Below, piece by piece: positions 12,756 to 24,235 of a DNA stretch of 64,000 bases. The stretch lies in the NCBI GenBank assembly GCA_008632985.1, contig QPGO01000029.1, forward strand, positions 446,874-510,873, written 5' to 3'. Within the stretch, counting starts at the first letter, position 1. Each line of letters begins with the position of its first letter. This DNA is from Psammoneis japonica. Its lineage: Eukaryota. The translations under genes and the position numbers were made by a program. The notes under the pieces were generated by a model that saw nothing but the letters and a program-made list of their open reading frames with translations, made no database searches and was not told where the DNA came from.

Positions 12756-15700
12756 ATGCTTTCAACGACGCAGTTTGGGTGCAACGAGCGCGTCGCCGCA
12801 GCGCATGTGCCAAACAGCAGCCGGCTACTGTCGCAAGACAAAGAAAATATACCACCATCCACACGGGACGCAGCTCAAATGTTGACGTCCATGTCGGTCC
12901 ATTTGATGGCAATAAAGTCGGAAAATGACCAAGTCAAGGACAAGGCAAAGCGAGTCGACGAAATGTGCAACGCGTTGGAGGCAGATTTAGCACTCGCCAC
13001 GACAATGCTTGAGCAAGAACGTTCCGAGACGAGGCAACTACGTTTGGAGCATGACGAGCTTGCACGTCAACTGGAAGAGCTCAGGAAGGCGCGGCTCAAA
13101 ACGAAAAAAACAAAAAAGGACGAGCAACGTTGTACAACAACAACGACAAATCCCATTACGGTCGTTGACGCCGAGGACGTGGATCTGCCCGTGGAAATCA
13201 AGAGTGTATCAAAATCCTTACCGGTACACGAGCAGGCATTTGAGAAGCGAGAAAATGAGACCACCAACAATACTACTTCCGTGCATGATGCTACATCGGC
13301 AGAAAGCTTCTTGGGTGGCGCCAACCAACGTGTCGTCGTCGAAACAGCTTTACAAAGCTCAGAATCCACTCCTAAAGACTCCTCGATACTGCAAGATTTT
13401 TCCACCAGCAATCATGTCGTCAAAAAATTATTGCAAGATGTATCAGAGTCACCATCTCTTCTGCTAGTCGAAGAGCCAGAAGAAGTAACCGAAGACAAGG
13501 ACTCCGAAGATGAAGTCACATGGATTGATAAAACTACCGACGAACAAAAGCGCCTCCAAGAGAGAGAAAAGCAGGAGAAAATACGTGCCGCCCGAAAAAA
13601 GGCCATTAAGGAAGCAGAAAAGGCACGAAGATTAGCAGCCGAAGAACAAGAACTCGAGGCCCGGCAGCTAGATGAACGGAACCGCCGTGAAGCCCGAGAA
13701 GCCAGAAAGCATTCCCAGCAACAAGTATCGGCGGCTGGGCCAAACAAGCAAAAGCCATCTCGCAATCCTACGAGGACACAAATCGACAGGTCTTTATTTA
13801 GGATGACCACGAAGGCTTCTATCAGTCTGGAACGAGAAGCTGTTGCGAGCGCAAAGAAACCCATTCCCTCCAAACCAAAGCCTTCGACCACTGCACCCGC
13901 TCAGCTCGTATCCGCCAAACTATCCAATTACCTGTACCCAACAACGACGGATGGTGGCAATGGCAAAGTCGACTCTACAATCTCGCCGATATTCCACATG
14001 CTTCAAGACAAGTCTACGGTAAAGTCCGCTCGGTTGCTTTTGCAGCTAGAGACCAAGTGCTCACGACTGAAACGAGAGGCGGCGGAGCTGCACCGAGAGA
14101 AGCATGTTCACGATGAAAAAATTGAAGAGCTGCAAAAGGAGAGGGACATGCTTAATGATACTTTGGAGGATAGAAAGAATCGAATCGAAAAGAGCGTCAA
14201 GTTCCTGGTCGACAAGAGGTCGAAATTGAAAGTCTCGAAGGCCCAGATACTGAATACGATAAAGGAGTTGGAGGCGAAAACTCAGACTGATAATGTCAAG
14301 GAGCACCTAAAGGATCAAAGGAGATATCTAAAGGTTTGCGCAACGGCTGAAGAGGCCGAAAGAAGCAAACCTGTCTTGCTAGAGAAGGCAGAGAATTTCG
14401 TTACAGCCGGACGAGAAAGAATCGGCCTGTTGATTGACGAGTCGGAGGAGAAGTCTGAGAATGTGGCGAAGAGATTGAAGATGAAAGTCAAGGTTGTCGA
14501 AAGAATCAGGGACGACATCGTTGCAAACAAGCTCTCCGGTGACAAAGAGGATGATCGATTTGATATCAACGATTCCCGAGACGAGCACGGACACACCTTT
14601 TTGATGGTTGCTGTTTTGAACAACGACGCTGAGACGGCGAAGCTCTGTTTCCAACTCGGTGCAAAACTGCACTTGAAATGCACTGTTGGCCTTACAGCTA
14701 TGGACTTTGTCAAGTACTTTCAGCTTGGTGCTGTGAGCCAACTGATTATAGAGAATGGAGGATCTGTCAGCGAAGACAACACCTGGCGCGGATTTCTTGA
14801 GAACTCGACTAAGTTTCTCCACCCTATTGACTGGGAAACGCAGCTACAAATTGCCGAGCGGTCTGCAATACCAGCTGACACAAAGCTAGCAACAGAAGAA
14901 GATCCTACTTCTGATGATACGACAGTGTTGAGTACAGCGGATAGGACGCGTCAGTTTCCTTGCTTTGATGGTTCCCTTCACGATCCGGATGTAGCCAGTT
15001 TTCGCAGAATGGTCTTGCTTGAGAAAGATGTGCAGTCTTGGTATTGTGAAACTGAAGAAACGACCAAATCCACGTTTTTATTTCTTCTTCGTCGATTGAG
15101 CCAACAGGATTCGCCACGTCCGGTGTGTTGCCACCGGAGATTTGTCATTGGCGTCAAGCGACAGAAGCAATTTGAGGTACTGGGAGCAGAACTGAATCCA
15201 TCGAAATCTTCTGATGGTCCAGTGGCAAACGATTCGTTGGTTGTGCTCTACTCGCCCTTTGTAGAGGCCTACACCAACGGCGTTGCAAACATTGGTGTGC
15301 TTGTATGGGCGGTAACCACAGAGAGCCTTGCGCCCCGCTACCTTTCGCTTGTTGAATCGGCAGAGTTTCTGAGGCACAAACTTGACGACCAAGACGAGCA
15401 ATTCCCAGCACATCGAGATGGTGTTCTCGAGCTCGGCAAGGACATGCACCTTCTCGATCTGAGGACGACTTCTATCTTCACGGGCAGTGCCATGGAGCTT
15501 CACACAGTTGACATTGATAACGGTGATCTCGATCGCATGAAGAATGGCGATTTCACCCCCCCAAAGAGGCTACTTCATCACGAGCGGCAGCTTCATAATG
15601 CGATTTTCCGTTCGAGCAAAGAAGAATCTTGTGAGAACCATGATATTCTCTCCTCGACCCGTCCAGATCTCTCTACGAATCTGTTTGGGGGTGCAGGGAC

Positions 15701-17793
15701 CGGCAAGACTTTGTTACTTATCAAGAAAGTCATTAGCGAGGATGTAGGCAAACGCATTCTTGTAGTGAGTCGCTTGCCCCGACTTATCTCCTTTGTCAAA
15801 TCGACGGTGGAGGCCGAGAGGGGGGTGGAAAATGTATCGTTTCTCACCTATGACGATATGTTGAATCGCCTGTCACGATCCATCAAGCCTGTCGAAAAAG
15901 GAGCACGGCGCACGTTTTCTACTTTCAATCAAGTTCATTTCGGGAAGACGACCGGAACCGGAGCTACGTCGCCTATCAACTTTGTGACTGATTTTGTCGA
16001 AAACGCATTGGAAAGTGGGGAACGTGCTGCGATGAAAACTCAACTCGTTGCACCGATTACGCTTTGGGGCGGATTTCGGGTCATCAAATCAAACGTCAAA
16101 TGCGCCGAAACAAAAGTTTCTCTTACGGAAGAAGAATATCTAAATCTCCCACGCTCGTTTGGCTTGAGCCAGATTCAACGCAAGCTCGTCTACAAATTGT
16201 ACCTTCGATACTCGGAATGGCTTGCTTCGGGGGAATTCAAATGGGACGAAGCTGATAGGGTCCTTTACATTTTCAAGCATGGTCTGAGTGTGTTTTCCGA
16301 AGGAAACTACCTGTCTTGGGAGGAGCGTGTTTATCAACGTGGTGAAGTTGAGCCCCGTTCTTATACCATATGGTCTTTGCGGACGAAGCACAAGACTTTA
16401 GTGATCTTGACATAGCATTGTTCATTCGAATGGCTGGTAGTCTCCGCAACGTTTTTCTTGGCGCTGATCCTGCCCAGAGCGTTGAACTTGGCATTAGAAT
16501 GCGAGTCGGAACCGTGAATAGCGTCTTTCACTCATGCCTTCCCAACGATCAAACGAACGCACAGGTAAGAGACTTCGTTCTTTGCTCTCCCATTCGAATA
16601 TATTTTCGCTCTTCTTATACGGGTCTTTTGCTTGGTGACAATATGCAATGTAGGTCAAGGATGTGCTACAGGATATTCAGCTAAAGACCAACCACCGAAC
16701 GCATGCTAGGAACCTTGAGATTGGAAAAGCGGTGAGAAAGATTCTCTCCCGCTCATTTGGTGTTCCATTGAGTAACGAGAATGCGCTGATGGAAGGCAGT
16801 ATGCCTGAAGCCCTGATGGTGAAGTCATTCAAAGAGGTTGGCGACAAGCAGAAGTTCCGTGGAGCCAACGTAGTTTTTATTGCGCCGGACGAATTGTGCA
16901 CCGATCTTAGGTCTCTGTTTCTTGAGCTTGGAATGGAAAACGATGTCTTTGGGATTCGTGAAGCCAAGGGCCTTGAGTTTCCTTCTGTCGCTCTCGTTGG
17001 ATTATTTGACTACTTTGAAAAGCAGGGAAATCAGCGCGAATGGGAAAACGTTATCCGTTGGCTTTTTAGTTCGAAAGGTGTCTCCTCGACGACGAGTGCG
17101 GAGAGAATTCAAGGAAAGTGTCTGGAGGATTGCGACTACGTTTTGTCGCATCCCGAGGTAGAGGATCAGGCAATGATGTTGTACACTGCGATAACTCGTG
17201 CAAGAGGACATCTATATTTCATCGAGTTGGAAAGGGGCAAGAAACGAAAGGCCAAAGGACGACTCGCTCAGTTTGCCTTGCGCCAGTTCAAGGAACTGAG
17301 GTTGGTCAAGTTGGTTGAATCTATTGACGGTGGAGAGGTGGATATGACGCCACAACAGCACAAAGCCCGGGGTGTGCTCCTTGCTGTTCAGGCCATCAAT
17401 TTGTCTCGCAAATGTGCAAGTACGGATGAAGTCAGAAAGAAATTTGCAGCAGCTGCCAGTCGCTTCCAGACCGACAAGGGAAATGACAAGCATCTACTCG
17501 ATCAATGCAACAAGCACCTTGAAGCGATCGTGATGAAACGTGATCTTGCCGAAATGATTCGCTCAAAGTTTTTCAACCGAATTATGGGGCAGTATGATTT
17601 ACAGGGACACTTCTTGGACGTGCTTATGTTTGAACGAGAGGCCGCTAAATTCTTCCGTCTCTGCGCAAATGATTCTTTCCTAATGGAGGAGATTCAGGAA
17701 ATGCGCCAGTTGATAGAGGAGGTTTTCCTTGGAACGCCATATGAGACTCATTTTGGAGAAATCTGCCGCAAGATCAAGTCCTTCGAGAGTTGA
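12756..17793 (+). CDS. Large coiled-coil / ankyrin / UvrD-like SF1 helicase protein (TRANK1-like architecture)
   Basis: Ankyrin-like DEHGHTFLMVAVLNND..GLTAMDF. Walker A GGAGTGKT, Walker B ADEAQD (after a frameshift at ~16360), GADPAQS, LKTNHRT, AKGLEF and LYTAITRAR. Intron ~16564-16653. Confidence 0.8.
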
Positions 17794-19346
17794 GCACTCG
17801 ATTGATGCACGGCCAGTACAATAGTCGTGATACTTGCAGCACTAGCTAGGAGGGCCCTCTAGAGCTAGTAGCTACCTAGAAGAAGTATGACGTTGTAGAG
17901 AGTTTCGCCGTAGAGATGAAAATGGAGTGGGTAGCTAGTCACTGGTTCCAAACCATCCGAGCTGGTTGTTTACAAGTCTATGACAACATTACTAGACCTA
18001 CGCTGCCTTGTCCTTTATGTCTATTGCTGCAGGACTAAGAAACTGCATCATCAACAAGACGAACTGTACATAATGATAACGGCACTGTAGCTTACACCGT
18101 TTGTACAAACCACCAAATATGTATTCGCCATTACTTTGATTCAATGCAGAACAAGTTTATGCTAGAGATAGAAGTAGTAAATCTCTGGAGTTCTATCACC
18201 GGGGCGGAAACAATGAAGCTGGAGCTCAAAAAGGCGCACACTCTGAGATGCAACACATAGCAAAGGCTTGGAATCGGAAACAAGGCCGTGATAACGTAGA
18301 TTTTGGCAATTTCCCAAATTCTAACATAGCAAAAAAACCACCACCACCTCTCATTTTCATGCACCCACGCATGTCCTTCCCTCCCTCGATTACAACTCGG
18401 CATGCCGGTCTTGTGTCGGCCCTTACCGAGGATGGCTGACGACGAAAATGCAATTTTTCGGCATTTTGACCATGTCGTGTAACCCAAACACGCCTATGAA
18501 ACGGGTTATTTGACCCGCAAGGACAGCACCTTTGCCCATTTCAGTGCCATCGCTGAATCCGGCGTAACAAACTTAGTCGGAAACGACCCTGAGTTTACCA
18601 AGATGGGTCGAAAATGAAGGCGATATCCAAAAAGTGAGTATGCGTTGAATGCCTATGTTGTAAGCCTATTTTGGTGCATGGCGATGCGAGTTGCGAAATT
18701 GGCTGAAAGCAGGAGGGGTAAATATAAGGTGTCGCCATGGTTTCTCACGAAATGTTTCTGGACACGTTTCGTTTTTCAGTTTCGCGTTTCGCTCGCTTCT
18801 TCAGTTCTCAGCTTGAGATTTTTAGAGCTCGTGGCGACCTCGTACGTAAATTCCTACGCGATCTGAACTACTGGATTCGCCAACGCACGAAGCAAACACG
18901 ACTTGTCACTTTGCTTCTCTGCTTGATGGAATCCATGCAGTCTCGGTCAGTCATTTGGTGTGCACGGAAATGGACAGCTTACCGAGTTTCATTTTTGGCA
19001 TGCCAGCAGAAATTCAACATGTTTCTGCATGCTAAAGTTTTTCTCATGCGTGCGTGGCTGCGAACATCTCGAACTCTGCGAGCTCCAACACGAGAATGAC
19101 ACGAAGCACGAAGAGTTTGCGAAAGAGCGAATGGCATCGCTGACACACTGTGAATGCAAAGCAAAAGTGCCAAAACATTGTTGTTGCATAACATGCAGAT
19201 GGTTGGTCTGTCGACAGACAAAACAAATCGTCTTCAAAGCTGGTCAGAAGCTTCGACAGACTGCGCAGCTGTTTGCATGTTGTTGGGTCGCCTGCGTCGC
19301 CCACTTTGAATCATCACTCTCAAATGATTGCCACAGCCAACTCCCC

Positions 19347-19648
19347 CACCAACATTGCTGACAACTTTTCTGCCAAGACACTGTTCAATTCCACCAATGC
19401 TCTCTGCAGCAGAAGAGCAAATGACGAGACTTCCAGCTTGTCCCCAACAAGATGACAACGCCGCCGACTCGACAACTCTCCAGCATTCCCCCATTTCAGT
19501 CACAGACTTCACCAATGTCGCTGATGACTTCTGCACCAAGTTGCTGTTCAACTCCACCAATGCTCTCTGTGGCAGAAGAGCAAATGACAAGACTTCCAGC
19601 TCATCCAACAAGATGACAATGCCGCCGAGTCGACAACTCTCCAGCATT
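19347..19648 (+). repeat. Tandem duplication, ~140-bp unit with ~162-bp period
   Basis: caccaa..gctga..acttc..ccaccaatgctctctg..gcagaagagcaaatgac..acaactctccagcatt occurs at ~19347 and ~19510. Many of the differences are CA/TG or CG/CA/TG swaps. Confidence 0.85.
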
Positions 19649-20521
19649 TTTGTTTCAGTCACAAGTTTGTCATGTGACTGGTTGACATCCACAACCAGTG
19701 ATCTTTTTGGAAGTGTTGCTTGTTTGCATCCACAAAAAAGAGCCCTCTAAACTGCTGCTGCATGGAGAAGAGGACGACAAAGCAACCAGCCACAGTTCCT
19801 TGTCCACATGGAGCAACATTTTCAGAACAAGAGTCCTCCTTGGGCTCGGGCTGACTTCACTGTCAAGCCACCAATTTAAGCTCTGCAAAGTCATCCACAC
19901 TGGTTGTGTTTGTCATGACACTGCCAAAGTGACTTCCAATGTGGCCAGTGTGTCATTTGCGGTTCTTGCATCCACAGAAACACATTCAGAACAAGTGCTC
20001 CTTGGCCTCCAGCCAACTCCACCGTCATGCCACCACATTGAGAACTGCTGAGTCTTCCACACTGCATGCCGACATCACAATGCTGCCAAGGATGCTTCAA
20101 ATGGGGTCAATGCATTGTCACTGTTCCAACACCGACCATTGCATGTCATGTTGATGGGTCCAACGGCATCTTTTCATGTCAAAACAAAACCCCTGGCACT
20201 CGGTCACGACCGGCCATTGTCTTCAACCAATTGTCAGCAATGTTCTAAAACTCCATGGTGAGGGAGATGTGATGCGGCAAGGTCATGTCAGAGTGCAAAC
20301 AATGCCATTGCATGTCATCACCATTGTGAGCGCCGCATGCACGGTGGGTTGCCGTGCAAATTTGAATGAGCTGGTGGGCCCAACTGCCATTTCAGTGCAA
20401 TTGTGCACAGAAACTTGTGTGTGCAGATCCACACAACTTTGCACTGGCATGCCAAAAATGAACTGGGCAAGCTGTCCATTGTTTCATCGTCCACCTCACT
20501 GAAGTCTGCTCTGGCTGCTGG

Positions 20522-22323
20522 TGTCCAGTCTGCCAGGTTTTTTCCTCAATTGAGGCAGCAAAATCTGCCTCAATTGAGGCAGTCAAAATGCACCTCAGAC
20601 AGGAAATAACACGCGGTTTTGGCAAATGACACGAGAGATGACGATGTCAATTCCATTGCACAAAGCAGTTTCTGCAGTGACAATGAAGCCATTGCAACAT
20701 CCGCAACACCTTGCTTTGCATGCGCGGCGCGCTGCTTGCACCAAATTTGAATCTTGAGATCCACAAATTGGCCACAAACGTGGGACATGAAAATGGCCCA
20801 TCACTTTCATCACAACCCTTTGACAAGCTTTCAACCACTGCACCATCTTGCATTTAATGCCTGTCAACACATCATGTGATTGTCATTGTCAATTGTTGTG
20901 TTTTGGTGGCACAAATCAACACAAAGATTGGTGATCTTGGTTGTTTGTTGCGACAGCAATTCTGATGCTGCGATCGCAAAAAAAGCTCCTTGAAAGCTCC
21001 ACACACAATGCAGCAAGCTTCTCTTGCACAGAGAAGACATCCTGCAGCACATCCAGCCCACATTTGCCATCGTTGCAGACCCGAATTTTTCAGGTGCCGT
21101 TTTTTGTGTTTTTTGCTTGAACCCTCCTTTTCTCGACTGTCGCTTTGATTTCAAGACTTGGGCTGCCATGACAAGGTTGTCCTTGTTGTGTTTCATGATT
21201 TTGTCTGAGGGTGGGCTGTTGAGAGAGTCCCAGAGTTTGTAAAATGGTGGTTGCATCATCGTCAAAGTCCCAAAATTCACACATTTTTGGGGTGCGCTTG
21301 TTTGCATGCTGACAAGGTGAAGAAGAAAATGTGTGGTCGACGGCAAACAAAGAGCCCAGTCATTGCCCCAAGAGGTCCCAAAGCATGGAGAACAACACCC
21401 CAGTGTCACTTGGGGGCTGCCATTGCCCCAAGAGGTTTTAAAGCATGGAGAACAACATTCCAGTGTCACTTGGGGGCTGCAACAGTTTTAGCGATCTGGC
21501 AAGGGGGGTCAAAAACTCCCTCAATTGAGGTTTTTACCTCAATTGAGGTGCTTGGTGCCACAAATTTTGGGACTTTGACGATGATGCGACCGCCGTTTTA
21601 CAAATTCTGGGACTCTCTCAACAATCCACCTTTAAATGAAATCATGAAACACAACAAGAATGACCTTGTCACAGCAGCGCGAGTCTTGAAATCAAGGTGA
21701 CAGTCAAGAAAAGCAGGGCTCAAGTGCAAAACACAAAAAACAGCACCCAAAAAACTCGGGTCTGCAATGATGGCGAATGTGCACTGGATGCACAGCAGGT
21801 GTCTTCTCTGTGCAAGAGAAGCTCGCTGCATTGTGTGCGGAGCTCGAGCATTTTTTTTTGTCGCAGCATCAGAATTGCTGTCGCCACAAATGACTGAGAG
21901 ATCACCAATCTTTGTGTTGATTTGTGTCACCAAAACACAACAATCAACAACAACAAGCACATGACATGTCAACATGTGTTAAATGCGAGACGGCGCAGTG
22001 GCTGAAAGCTTGTCAAAGGGTTGTTGTGAATGTGATGGGGGCCATTTTTGCATCACATGTTTGTGGCCAATTTGTGGATCTCAAGATTCAAATTTGGCAC
22101 AAGCAAGCGCATTGCGCGCGCAAAGCAAGGTGAGGTGTTGTGAGCATTGCAGCAGCTTCATTGTCATTGCAGAGACTGTTTCGTGCAATGGAGTTGACGC
22201 CATCATCTCTCGTGTTGTTTGCCAAAACAGCGTGTCATTTTCTGTCTGCAGCATGTTTCGCCTGCCTCAATTGAGGTGGATTTTACCACCTCAATTGAGG
22301 AAAAAACCCGGTGGACTGGACAC
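20522..22323. repeat. Long inverted repeat (arms ~20522-21277 and ~21562-22323, spacer ~285 bp)
   Basis: The arms are diverged reverse complements (e.g. gtcaaagtcccaaaatt vs aattttgggactttgac; ccaaatttgaatcttgagatccacaaattggccacaaac vs gtttgtggccaatttgtggatctcaagattcaaatttgg). The spacer holds a 60-bp tandem pair at 21361-21480. Confidence 0.9.
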
Positions 22324-23699
22324 TCTGTGAGACTGGAGTGGGGCCTCATTGGTTGGTTGGTCGTTGGTCTTGTGATTTTTGCCCGGTCATGCCGGTCATC
22401 CATCTCTTGGGTGACACATCTGGACAGAATCTGTTGAAGAACACTCTGTCCTCCAGGGTCCATTTGGTTCTAAAAGGGTCTAAAATGGGGATGTTGAAAA
22501 TGGAACACAGATGTCCACAAAACACAGCTTTTTTGAACGCTTTTGTTGCAGTGGGAAACAACAGAGTCTCTTTTCTTTTTTTTCTCTTTTCTTCTCTCTT
22601 CTTTCCTTTTCTTTCCTTTTTCTCCTCTTCTTTCCCTTTTCAGTCTAAAATGCGCTCCAGTGACATGACAAAAACCGTCCATTTGAGGTGCTTTGTAGCA
22701 GGTGCAGCTCTCACATTGCACAGGCAAACAACACGCAGTCTGTCCTGCGTTCATTTCCAATCCCCAGCGCACTGATTGACAGACAGAATTGGTTCCTCCT
22801 CTTTCAGGTGGAACTCTCTAGATCGAAGTCTGAAACCAAAAGATTTTGGATTGCCGCCCTCGCCACTGTCAGAAAACAGAGCCATGACGATTGCCTGCAC
22901 CAATCATTTTGCTGCATTTTGCGCCGGGCGTTCGAACAATTGCAACACATGACGGTTGTTTCGGTGCACACTTTTGCGCGACCCACGCGACATGACCAAC
23001 ATGCGTCAGTGCGTGGTGCTGGTTGTTTTGCTTCTGACCGTTCTGTCTTCTGTGAGGTTTCATGAGGCTGTCTGTGTGCATTGATGTTGTCCAGTTGTGC
23101 GTGTTGATGTTGTCCAAGGCAAGCTGCGTTGGATTAAGTGAGTGTGGAAATGTACGAAATTTGCGCATTGTTGCAGTTTCTTTGCCAAATGGTTGGTCCT
23201 CATTTGTGGCCACACTCAATCCGCGGCGGCTCAAGTGAAAGTCCATGTGTGTGTGTTTTGCGCAGACGCGTTCCAGGTCTAGGTGGGACCTCGCACTACT
23301 GAACTGTGACATCGACAGTTTTTTGAGTCTCGTCGTATGTCGCGCACGTAGATTTCTACGTGATTTTTTCGACATTTTGTGTCATTTTACGGTACACTTA
23401 TTGAGCGATCCGTCCAACAACTTTTGACATTTTTTGTTACAGCGCGATTCTACAATGTCTTAAGAATCGCGTAGGGCAGGCGAAGTTGCAAAAACGTCGA
23501 GTGGTAAGAGGCATAATTGTACCACAAACTTGGCCGTTTATTTGATGTTGAAGATAAACATATCCATTAATTAAATTCTCGTACTACGGAGCTCGCACGT
23601 AGAATTCTACGGGCCCAATGTCACACGGAGTCCCACCTAGGGCTGGAACGCGTCCGCATTGATGCGGTTGTCTTTGCCAAATGGTTGTTTGTAATTTGC

Positions 23700-24170
23700 T
23701 CAATTCCATTCTTTCTGGCCACACTTCTTCTGAAGGGACTTTGCTTGCTCCTTCTCCTGCTCCGCCATCTCCTCCTCGGTGAAAAATCTCCCCGACCGCT
23801 GTGGAATCGCCGCTGCACATGCTGCCTTTAGCTCCTCCATGGTTGAACCATCCTTGGGCACGACCGTTGTTTCCACATGATGACTGTCCACTGTCGTGTT
23901 GTCTTGCACAAGTACAGAAGTGACATCAAAATTTCCCGAAGCAAGGTCAAACGCCGCTCTTGCTTCTTCCAAGGCAATCTCCTCTTCGTCTTCCTCACTC
24001 ATCAATGACTGAAGAAGTTCCGCATGTGTCTGCACCTTTTTCTTGTCCTCACCAGTTTTCTTTGGCTCGTCTGCCTTCTTTGTTTGTTGTTGCAAATCCA
24101 TGTTTTCTCTGTTGCTGCGTTTTCTGTGACGGTTGCGTTCGCGTTTCTTGGTTTGTTGGTTAAAATCCAT
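23700..24170 (-). CDS. Small charged hypothetical protein inside the Helitron block
   Basis: 156-aa ATG-initiated K/E/Q-rich ORF, no motif recognised. Confidence 0.35.
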   Translation of the reverse strand: MDFNQQTKKRERNRHRKRSNRENMDLQQQTKKADEPKKTGEDKKKVQTHAELLQSLMSEEDEEEIALEEARAAFDLASGNFDVTSVLVQDNTTVDSHHVETTVVPKDGSTMEELKAACAAAIPQRSGRFFTEEEMAEQEKEQAKSLQKKCGQKEWN

Positions 24171-24235
24171 TCGACGTTGTGTGGCGCATGTGCAGATTTC
24201 TGCGCAATGTGCTGATCTAATCGAAATGTTTTGTT

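Larger units (their letters stand above)
18900..23370. mobile_element. Degenerate TpA- and partly CpG-depleted repeat block (unclassified transposon remnants, including a foldback structure)
   Basis: Near-absence of TA, excess of CA/TG, internal tandem and inverted duplications, and no recognisable host gene. Confidence 0.65.

Noticed and set aside
18900..23400. Dense overlapping Cys/His/Gln-rich ORFs in all six frames (also at 56.2-64 kb)
   Set aside because: By-product of TA loss: TAA/TAG stops vanish and TGY/CAN codons abound. No coherent protein motifs.
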